A stretch of 7,765 nucleotides of DNA from Octopus sinensis (GCF_006345805.1 NW_021828644.1:1-7765), one strand, 5' to 3'. Numbered from the stretch's first letter, positions 1-7,555 are shown. Numbers and translations are program-made. Notes: a model not told the origin generated them from the letters alone.

Positions 1-430
1 TGGTGTGTGCATGCGTGCGTATATATGTATATGTATATGCGAGTATATTTACATTGTTTATCTTAATACTTTGGGTACGATAGATAAACAAATACACAAA
101 TACAGCACAGACTTACTCAATGGATTTATATACATATATGCAGACATACCTAACACATAAATATACATATGTGTGCATATGAGTATACATATAAATCACA
201 AATAATACAAATAATCACACACACGCGCACACATACATATATTAGTTTAATTTTTTATTGGCAGTGCATTGAACTCAGAAAAAAAATAATGCTGTGATAC
301 ACACATACACACACATATATATATGTATTGCATATATTTCTATATATATCATATATATATATGTACATATATATATTTATGCACAGGCGCGCACACATAC
401 ACACACTCACTCACTCTCACACACATATAT
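1..430. repeat. Mixed (TG)/(TA)/(CA) dinucleotide low-complexity tract
   Basis: Interrupted runs of tgtg, tata and caca throughout the interval. Confidence 0.85.
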
Positions 431-662
431 ACAGTGATGAGGCATTGAAGAAATAAATTACAATTTATATACAATTCAATTAATTTTCGATAAATATTCA
501 TTTCGTCTAAAGTTTACTATTTCAGCAATATTTGCGTATTTTCCTCTGAAATAAAGTTGAAACTAATTTGCGATAATATAATTTATGTATTGTATTATAT
601 CGAATATAATCCTTATTTATATATCTTATGTATCTATATCTTACCCCGTATAATATCATATC

Positions 663-668
663 TTTATT
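663..668 (-). promoter_or_regulatory. Possible polyadenylation signal AATAAA of the candidate minus-strand gene
   Basis: Plus-strand tttatt at 663-668, about 95 nt past the candidate stop. AATAAA is common by chance in AT-rich DNA; another occurs at 254-259. Confidence 0.2.
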
Positions 669-761
669 TATGTGTCTGCTTGGGGTCAGTGTAAAAATAA
701 ATAAGTAAAAAATAAGATGAGTGGATATTTTGCAAAATCTTTGCATGAACTTGTTGTATGC

Positions 762-901
762 TCAGAATCGTGTTACTGCTATTTGGGATGTGTTAATGTT
801 GGTTACAAGTGTCATATCATCGTATTCAAGCTGGCCTTTGTTCAGTGGTGTTTCAAACCCGTTTTCCTCAGGGCCGTCATTTATGTAGTGTGTAGTGCAT
901 T
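762..901 (-). CDS. Candidate terminal coding exon of an unidentified host gene: (x)CTTHYINDGPEENGFETPLNKGQLEYDDMTLVTNINTSQIAVTRF*
   Basis: Non-repetitive and more GC-rich than its flanks. It is preceded on the minus strand by an AG at 903-902 at the end of a long AG-free, T-rich stretch. The frame is open to TGA at 764-762 and is followed by AT-rich unique sequence containing AATAAA. The acceptor (ttttaaaaaattag) is not ideal and I recognise no homolog. Confidence 0.45.
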
Positions 902-943
902 CTAATTTTTTAAAACGGCAAGGTAGAATTATTCGAAAAGAAA

Positions 944-1023
<80 letters not shown>
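944..1023 (+). repeat. (ATAG)20 tetranucleotide microsatellite
   Basis: Perfect ATAG repeat of 80 bp. Confidence 0.97.
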
Positions 1024-1024
<1 letters not shown>

Positions 1025-1497
1025 CAGGTCCACCACAAACATTCTTTCGCCATGGCCACAAGTACGATGAAAACTGCCTTGCCTTCCCGGTTGAGGGAAG
1101 GGATTGGAGCACTCCTCGCGATAGACTCGGCCGTCAGGCGGACTCGCCCCACACGTGGCAGCAGCCGTTCGGCATAAGCCCACAGGTCTGAAATAGTTGG
1201 ACACTGCACAAGAGCATGCAGAACGGTTTCGTCGCTCTGACCGCATCTCGAGCAAGTAGCTCTAGTGTGTCTCGAACCGTGCCTGTAGAGCTTATCCCGA
1301 ACAGGTAATGCTTCTCGATAGCACTACCAGGCCAGGGATCTTTGGTGATTGTCAATAGGTTCCGGCCCGAAAGTTGTCCTGAACAGGCGGGTCAGGTGTT
1401 CCTCGTCGACGCCCAGATTTTGCCCGAGAACGTCGTCGCACCTCCCCTCCACTAATCCTCTATAGAACGCCTTTGTTGTAATGAAGTCGCACAAGAC
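1024..1497 (-). mobile_element. Degenerate non-LTR retrotransposon (L1/Tx1 clade) ORF2 C-terminal fragment with zf-RVT CCHC zinc knuckle
   Basis: My one-frame translation reads ...FITTKAFYRGLVEGRCDDVLGQNLGVDEEHLTRLFRTTFGPEPIDNHQRSLAW*CYREALPVRDKLYRHGSRHTRATCSRCGQSDETVLHALVQCPTISDLWAYAERLL...AMAKECLWWT. It has C-x2-C-x8-H-x4-C (1254-1201) preceded by an AW...ALPV..KL motif typical of L1/Tx1 ORF2. There is one in-frame TAG at 1326-1324, and the segment is GC-rich relative to its flanks. Confidence 0.88.
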
Positions 1498-1512
1498 AGA
1501 TAGTTAGTTAGT

Positions 1513-1600
<88 letters not shown>
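1498..1600 (+). repeat. (ATAG)n microsatellite with three TTAG variant units at its left edge
   Basis: agatag-ttag-ttag-ttag followed by (atag)n to 1600. Confidence 0.97.
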
Positions 1601-1898
1601 CTAAAAGCCTTACGAAGTTAATTGCTTTGCTCATGTCGATAACGAACTTCAGTGATGAAATACGAACCGTCGAACGTTTCCCCCATTCGTCCGATGTATA
1701 ATCGACCTGACCAGCTATAACTTTCACTCGGCCATAAGAAACAATTATTTGCATCAATCATAGAATTTCCAGACGATTCCCTGGAGATTTCGCTATGGAA
1801 ACCTCGGTTTAAAATGGCGCTTTGACACGGTAGAGTGGTCAGCTCACATGCACAGATTTTATTTTATTCAGCTATCACAGATTGTTCCCTTCCACCTG

Positions 1899-1899
1899 G

Positions 1900-1930
<31 letters not shown>

Positions 1931-2197
1931 ACTCCCTCTCTTTCTTTCTCTTTCTCACTTTCCCTCTATTGTTCTCTTTATCTCTCTCTCTCTGTCCTTG
2001 ACTTTCAGTTGTTTCTCTCTTTCTGTCTATTTACGTCTAAGTGTCGTCTGGGTGTCAGTCAATCTTACAAATGTCTCGTCAGGTTTCAGTCTCTTGTCCC
2101 CAGACAGAGAGATATGTCGTTACATAGTGTGTGTGTGTGTGTATGTGTGTGTATACACGCACACACACACATACATACATGCATATGAATATACATT

Positions 2198-2234
<37 letters not shown>

Positions 2235-2470
2235 TATATATTATCGTCATATTAAAATGGGAGCTTCTGATTTGCATATTTAAGATGTTCCCGTAACGAA
2301 CTTAAAGATATTATATATACAACATTACATACCACGCGCGCGCTCATGTATATATATATATTATATATATATATTTATATATATATATGTAATGTATGTA
2401 TATATATATATATATAATGGTATTTTTATATAAGCTTAAAGCCTATGGAGGTAACTGTGCAATGACTAAG

Positions 2471-2510
<40 letters not shown>

Positions 2511-2555
2511 TATATATATACATACATATACATATATACGTTATATATATTTAAA
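1899..2555. repeat. Compound simple-repeat region: (CT)n-rich 1899-2030, (TG)/(CA)/(TA) 2127-2232, (TA)-rich 2340-2555
   Basis: Read directly from the sequence; short unique spacers lie between the tracts. Confidence 0.9.
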
Positions 2556-2582
2556 ATATGTGGCGGGGGGATGAGAAAATAT

Positions 2583-2908
2583 AGGGGCACTCCATTGATT
2601 ACAACAATGAAGGTTTCAGCTATTCAGACCTGTGGAAAAGCCTGTTCGTGAAATTAGCGTACATGTGGTTGATCACTCCACAGACACACGTATCCTTAAG
2701 GGAGTTCTCTGGGAGATTCAGCGTTAAACACAGAGAATGTAACAAGGCTAGCCCTTTTGTATTACGGGTACAACACATTTATATCCAGCTGAATGCAATG
2801 GAGTAATGTGCAACTTAGAGACAAGAACACAACGCACATCCTGAAATCGAACTCACGGCCTTACGATTGGGAGCCAAATACGTTAACCACTAAACCATGC
2901 GCCTTCAC
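2583..2908 (-). mobile_element. Near full-length tRNA-derived SINE (family distinct from the one at 4161-4775)
   Basis: The minus strand begins gtgaaggcgcaTGGTTTAGTGGttaacg...gaGTTCGATTTCagg, giving an A box at 2897-2887 and a B box at 2852-2843 with tRNA-like spacing. Next comes ttgtgttcttg...ttactcc...cagctg, which resembles the central domains of CORE/Deu/Nin-type SINEs, then a unique 3' tail. The 3' boundary is approximate and partly from recall of octopus repeats. Confidence 0.85.
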
Positions 2909-2979
2909 GATATATATTATAATAATTTGAAGTCTGAACCCACTTCGCATACTCTTTCTGACATCCAATTTTCTCCATC

Positions 2980-3000
2980 ATATATATATATATATATATA
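2980..3000. repeat. (TA)10 microsatellite
   Basis: Perfect AT alternation. Confidence 0.95.
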
Positions 3001-3200
3001 AGGAGAGTTTACGAAAAAAACAAAACACGAAGACAGGTGGTGTACAAAACAAACAGATGTATTAGTATAACACTCAGGAATAGAAAAAGGCTTTTACGTT
3101 TCGAGCCTACGCTCTTCTATAGAAAGGGACACAGAAAAAACAAGGAGAGAAACGAGGAAAGAAAAAATGTGTGTAGTTGCTAACGAACTATCATGGCGGC
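3001..3200 (-). mobile_element. Short repeat module resembling a Penelope-like element pseudo-LTR remnant, embedded in (TA)n
   Basis: Contains the hammerhead-like motif below followed, on the minus strand, by a T-rich tract, and is flanked on both sides by TA repeats. The assignment to PLEs is inferred from the hammerhead architecture. Confidence 0.55.
3091..3126 (-). ncRNA. Degenerate minimal type I hammerhead ribozyme motif
   Basis: The minus strand reads CUUU-CUAUAGA-A-GAGC-GUAG-GCUC-GAAA-CGU-A-AAAG. This gives stem I CUUU/AAAG, stem II GAGC/GCUC with a 4-nt loop, GAAA, a palindromic ACGU stem III and a GUA cleavage triplet. The first core strand deviates from CUGANGA at 2 positions. Confidence 0.6.
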
Positions 3201-3231
3201 TATATATATTTATATATACATACATATATAT

Positions 3232-3402
3232 AACCGTCGAAACGTAGAGTAGATGAAACCGTAGCGACTGAAGAAGGGGTTTTTTCTTTGTGTTAATTGT
3301 CCTGTACTCTATTTTTTTTGTTGTTTAAAATGTCCAGTTCCTTGGGTTGTGTCTATGTTTTCGTTTCTCATGTGTTCAACGTCCTTTTGGTGTCCTGTAC
3401 TC
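3232..3402 (+). mobile_element. Second PLE-LTR-like module, probably 5'-truncated, in the opposite orientation
   Basis: Starts with aaccgtcGAAACGTA (hammerhead 3' half, 3239-3246), continues into a T-rich body with tgtcctgtactc repeated at 3298-3309 and 3391-3402, and ends in TA-rich DNA. Confidence 0.45.
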
Positions 3403-3492
3403 ATATATGCGTGTAATGTACATGTAGAGGTAGGTACGTACATATATGTTTATATATATGCATATGTTTTATTTATTAATATATATATATAC

Positions 3493-3536
<44 letters not shown>

Positions 3537-4040
3537 ATATATATATATACATATATATGCATGTAGGTGTGTATGTATATATGTGTGTGTGTGTGTGAGT
3601 GTGTAACTTTTGCTATTTCTCTCTCACTCACTCTCTCTCAATCTGCTGTACATCATCTGAAGTGTGGAACACACAATCTCTCACAAGTTCTTGTCACCCT
3701 CGACTCTCCCTCAAGCCTCCACAGAAATGCTTTTATTCTCTCTCTCCTCTCTCCCTCTCACCCTGTCTCTCTCTCTCTCCCTCTCTATCTCTCTCTTTCT
3801 TTCTGTCTCTTTCTCTCTCTCGCTATCTAACTAGCTATCTCCCTCTTTCTCCCCCATTTTCTACCTCCCACTCTCTCTGCTTGAGTCTCTCTTTCTCCTT
3901 CATTCTTTCTTACTCCCTGTCTTTCTCACTCATACATTTACTCCCTCACTAATATTTCCTACTTAGCCCTCTCACTATATTCCACTTATCTTTTTACACC
4001 TCTCTGACTTTCTCTCTCTCATCCCTCCTCGCTCTCTTCC
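3403..4040. repeat. (TA)/(TG) tract (3403-3603) followed by a long polypyrimidine (CT)-rich tract (3617-4040)
   Basis: Read directly from the sequence. Confidence 0.9.
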
Positions 4041-4160
4041 CCGTTTACCTACCTACCTGCGTACCTACTTACCTGCGTAATTAATTAGGAGAGATGATTA
4101 TCTCTCCCAACTAATTTCTCATTCGCTCTCACTTCTTTACCATTATTTCTCTTTCATGAA

Positions 4161-4391
4161 GGCGGCGAGCTGGCAGAATCGTTAGCACACAGGGCGAAAT
4201 GCTTAGCGGCATTTCGTCTGCCGCTACGTTGTGAGTTCAAATTCCGCTGAGGTCGACTTTGCCTTTCATTCTTTCGGGGTCGATTAAATAAGTACCAGTT
4301 ACACACTGGAGTCGATGTAATCGACTTAATCCGTTTGTCTGTCCTTGTTTGTCCCCTCTGTGTATTAGCCCCTGTGGGGCAGTAAAGAAAT
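4161..4391 (+). mobile_element. tRNA-derived SINE, concatemer unit 1: full-length head, tail type 1
   Basis: Head ggcggcgagcTGGCAGAATCG (A box 4171-4181) and gaGTTCAAATTCC (B box 4235-4245). Core ccgctgaggtcgactttgcctttc...agtaccagtt is shared with six other copies in the window. The tail ends cagtaaagaaat. Confidence 0.92.
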
Positions 4392-4576
4392 CGGTATTTC
4401 GTCTGCCGCTACGTTCAAGTTCAAATTCCGCCGAGGTCGACTTTGCCTTTCATCCTTTCGGGGTCGATTAAATAAGTACCAGTTACGCAACTGGGGTCGA
4501 TATAATCGACTTAATCCGTTTGTCTTTCCTTCTTTGTCCCCTCTGTGTGTAGCCCCTAGTGGGTAGTAAAGAAATA
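4392..4576 (+). mobile_element. SINE concatemer unit 2: 5'-truncated, tail type 1
   Basis: Begins at cggtatttcgtctgccgctacg, is closely similar to 4207-4391, and ends tagtaaagaaata. Confidence 0.92.
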
Positions 4577-4775
4577 AGAAACATTAGCACGCCGGGCGAA
4601 ATGCTTAGTGGTATTTCCTCTGTCTTTACGTTGTGAGTTGAAATTCCGCCGAGCTCGACTTAGCCTTTCATCCTCTCAGGGTTGATAAATTAAGTACTAA
4701 TTGCATACTTGGGTCGATCTAATCGACTGGCCCCTTCCCTCAAAAATTTCGGTCCTTGTGCCCGGAATAGGAAAG
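4577..4775 (+). mobile_element. SINE concatemer unit 3: lacks only the first ~14 nt of the head, tail type 2
   Basis: agaaacattagcacgccgggcgaaatgctt aligns with 4175-4204. It has the same core but a different tail, ggccccttccctcaaaaatttcggtccttgtgccc...gaaag. Confidence 0.9.
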
Positions 4776-4853
4776 ATTATTTCTCTTTCTTCACTCATTA
4801 CTCTCTACAATCACTCGCCAGTTCCTTTTTCCATCACTCAACTCCCACTACAG

Positions 4854-5483
4854 CAAATACCACCACCACCACCACTACCACCACCACCACCACCACCACC
4901 AACAACAACAAGGCCACCACGCCTTTCAACGTCCCTCACTCTCTTTGTCTAGAAATCTATCTTTCTGTTTAACTCACTCGCCTTCACTCGCCCCTTGACT
5001 AGATCTCCACCACTACCACCACCACTACCACCACCACTACCACCACCACTACCACCAACACTACCAGTAACAACACCACCCCCATTATCACGACCACTGC
5101 CACCACCAACGCCACCCAAACTCCTACCACTCATCAGGCACTTGCGCTCCAAAACGATGACCACCACCTCAAAACCTACCATCCTTACCACTACACTTCC
5201 ACCAACACCACCCATTACAACAACATCAACAACAACAACAAAACACACTACCACCACCCCAGCCACCACCACCACAAACATGATTACCATGACGATGACC
5301 GCAATCACAACTATCACAGAAACCACAATCACCACCCACACCACAACTACCACCACTACCAGAACCATCACCACCATATAAAGGCAACTACAATGGCTGC
5401 CATGACGATGTCCACCACCGCCACCTACACCGCTGACATCATCGGCACCGCCACCATCAGCATCACCACCATTACCACTGTCA
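4854..5483 (+). repeat. (ACC)/(AAC)/(ATC)-type trinucleotide low-complexity tract, including (CCACCACTACCA)4 at 5007-5054
   Basis: Read directly. It explains the poly-Thr, poly-Pro and poly-Val/Gly pseudo-ORFs. Confidence 0.9.
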
Positions 5484-5569
5484 CTCACCTCTTCTGTTCG
5501 TTTTATCCAGCGGGCCGTGTGAGACATTATTGTCGTATGTCACCCTATCATGACAGCTGTTTGTGTGTT

Positions 5570-5765
5570 AGGTGGTGGTGGTCATGGTGGAGTGGTTCTT
5601 GTTGTTGCGGTGTGGTGTGGCGTAGGATTCGTGGGCCCGACTAATCGACGATGGGGTGAGTGGTGGTAGCGATCGTTACTGTGTCGAACCAGTGTTGTTG
5701 TTCTTGCTGTTGATCGTGGTGGCGGCGGTAGTGGTGGGTGATATGTTGGTGTTACGCGGTGGAGG
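5570..5765 (+). repeat. Degenerate (GGT)/(GTT)-rich tract, opposite polarity to 4854-5483
   Basis: ggtggtggtgg, gttgttg and ggcggcggtagtggtgg runs. Confidence 0.65.
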
Positions 5766-5850
5766 CTACCATCGTGGGAAGTAGACTAGGGTAGCGGAGA
5801 GAGGTGGAGTTACTGGGTTCAGATCTCGTACTTTGCCAGGGGACAGGTGA

Positions 5851-5871
5851 GACAGATAGACAAATAGATAG

Positions 5872-5910
<39 letters not shown>

Positions 5911-5973
5911 CGACTGCCCGACAGATAGATAAACAGCCAATAGACAGACGGACAGGTAGACAGACTGACTGAC

Positions 5974-6009
<36 letters not shown>

Positions 6010-6065
6010 GATAGATAGATAGATAGATAGATAGACAGACAGGCAGACAGACTGACAGATAGAAC

Positions 6066-6131
<66 letters not shown>

Positions 6132-6156
6132 CAGACAGGCAGACAGACTGACAGAT

Positions 6157-6243
<87 letters not shown>
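5851..6243 (+). repeat. Compound (GATA)n/(GACA)n/(GA)n array with a higher-order repeat of about 90 bp
   Basis: The GACA cassette gacagacaggcagacagactgacagatagaa occurs at 6034 and 6130, with a diverged version at 5947. Confidence 0.95.
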
Positions 6244-6584
6244 AATTAAAAGAGTGACAATGATACAAAGATGACAAAAATGGCGACTTCCTAGCAGGTT
6301 GTGAATCGGAACGAGGCTTGAAGTGGTGTTATCCATTACTTCTTTTTCTACGGCAATTGGCTTCTACACATGTCTATTAATTTAACGGTTAGAGAACAAT
6401 ATGTATGAGATTCATAGTCCTCGTAATCACAGCTTAAGTGGAAGAGACACTGTGCGCAGTGGGGCGTACTTTATAGCTAGCCATTGTTGCTGGTAAAGAT
6501 GGTAGAAGTGTTTAGCAGACTGGTTGGTCTGTTATAAGGTTTAGTACGATGGCAATACGGAGACACACGGCGTTCTCCATGACA

Positions 6585-6780
6585 TACGCACTCATTCACT
6601 CGCACTCACACACGCGCGCGTACACACACGCACGCAAACACTCAGACATACATACAAACGCACATCCATATATTTATACATACATACGTATGCACTCACA
6701 AATTCGTACTCGTCGCCAGAACTTTAAATACACATACATATACATAATGGGCGTGTATATATGTATATATGTATATATAA
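6585..6780. repeat. (CA)/(CG)/(TA) alternating purine-pyrimidine low-complexity tract
   Basis: cacacacgcgcgcgtacacacacgcacgc and tatatg runs. Confidence 0.75.
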
Positions 6781-7189
6781 GGTTAAGATCGTTCTTTAGA
6801 TACCGATCTTCTCAGGTGGTCAGCATAGCAATAAAAAACCTTCAAATGTAATAATTATTATTAAAATTACAATTTAGGGTATCTAAGAGATACCAACACG
6901 CTGGAAATAGCAGCCAAAGCTTGACTCTAAAACCACATTAAATGTTCATACAGCAGTAGGAGAGAGACAAAATAAACTAGCAAAAAGATTACTGGATAAT
7001 TCCAGATCACGGATTTCTGACTCTGCATAAGAAATACTCTGTCTTCATTAGTGAAATATACTCAGATAGCACATAAATACATACATATATACATATATAT
7101 GCATGTATGCACATGACCAGTTTAAATTGCCCGCCTAAAACTCCTTGTGCGATATGGTCAAAATACCACCGCTGTGATATAATGACGAA

Positions 7190-7283
7190 ATAAATATATA
7201 AATGATATAAGGATAAGATCTTTAATTACATACATATCTATATATATATATATTATATAATAATATATATATATATATATATC

Positions 7284-7314
<31 letters not shown>

Positions 7315-7336
7315 TATGTTTATATATATATATATA
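7190..7336. repeat. (TA)n-rich tract
   Basis: Read directly from the sequence. Confidence 0.9.
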
Positions 7337-7445
7337 TTTCGGGGTCGATAAATTAAGTACCGGTTGCAAACTAAGGTCGATCTAATCGGCTGGCCCCACC
7401 TATCCCAAAATTTTGGGCCTTGTGACTAGGGTAGAAAATAATATT
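7337..7445 (+). mobile_element. 5'-truncated copy of the 4161-type SINE, tail type 2
   Basis: tttcggggtcgataaattaagtacc...ggtcgatctaatcggctggcccc...caaaattttgggccttgtg...gtagaaaataatatt aligns with about 4675-4780. Confidence 0.88.
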
Positions 7446-7555
7446 GTTTCCGAATTTTGATGCTGGGCCGCCCATTTCATGTAGAGGATAAGAGAATAAC
7501 TGGTACTTATTTTATCGTCCCCGAAGGGAGAAAGGCAAAGTCGACCTCGGCGGAA
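7446..7555 (-). mobile_element. 5'-truncated, internally deleted SINE copy, tail type 3-like
   Basis: The minus strand reads ttccgccgaggtcgactttgcctttctcccttcggggacgataaaataagtaccagtt, then a diverged tail ending caaaattcggaaac. The GTCGAT-NNN-ATCGAC palindrome is missing. Confidence 0.85.

Larger units (their letters stand above)
4142..4789 (+). other. 14-bp target-site duplication ATTATTTCTCTTTC (4142-4155 and 4776-4789) bounding the SINE trimer
   Basis: Identical 14-mers lie at the two outer ends of the trimer, with 5 extra nt (atgaa) before the SINE head. Confidence 0.8.

Noticed and set aside
910-1255. ORFs 910-1209, 929-1255 and 1134-1355 as genes
   Set aside because: 910-1209 is the dead LINE ORF2 frame running into (TATC)n. 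The others are alternative frames of the same fragment.
1651-1680. gtgatgaaatacgaaccgtcgaacgtt as a third hammerhead, sharing aaccgtcgaa with 3232-3241
   Set aside because: The core has G for C3 and lacks one A of GAAA, stem II has only 3 pairs, and there is no stem I.
1512-1757. 81-aa ORF, and an LYIG motif in a neighbouring frame suggesting a GIY-YIG endonuclease
   Set aside because: The upstream Y/C-x2-C context and the downstream R-x2-EH are absent, and the ORF tail is YLSI repeat translation.
1810-1820. YY1-like AAAATGGCG motifs here and near 6278
   Set aside because: Isolated short motifs with no promoter context.
1835-2255. Plus-strand ORFs of 117 and 135 aa, and likewise 3349-3952
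   Set aside because: Translations of (CT)n, (TG)n and (TA)n repeats (SLSL, CVCV, YIYI).
2840-2908. Functional tRNA gene (also considered for 4161-4250)
   Set aside because: The A and B boxes are present, but there is no complete cloverleaf or Pol III terminator, and each continues into a SINE body.
4161-4775. CRISPR-like or satellite array
   Set aside because: The units are 185-230 bp tRNA-headed SINE copies, not short repeats with unique spacers, and there are no cas genes.
4701-5644. Mucin-like Thr-rich, Pro-rich and Val/Gly-rich ORFs
   Set aside because: The frames stay open only because (ACC)/(GGT) repeats lack stops. They are open on both strands, and one begins inside a SINE.
5752-6336. 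194-aa and 152-aa minus-strand ORFs
   Set aside because: Mostly (TATC)n translation (YLSI repeats).
6244-6560. Coding exon in the unique island, including a good-context ATG (caacaATGG) on the minus strand
   Set aside because: All frames close quickly (MASYKVRPTAHSVSST*) and there is no convincing acceptor/donor pair.
6785-6930. AGATACC/GGTATCT short inverted repeats and a possible old repeat remnant (ctggaaatagcagccaaa)
   Set aside because: The 7-9 bp matches are expected by chance. The remnant rests only on recall and has no second copy in the window.
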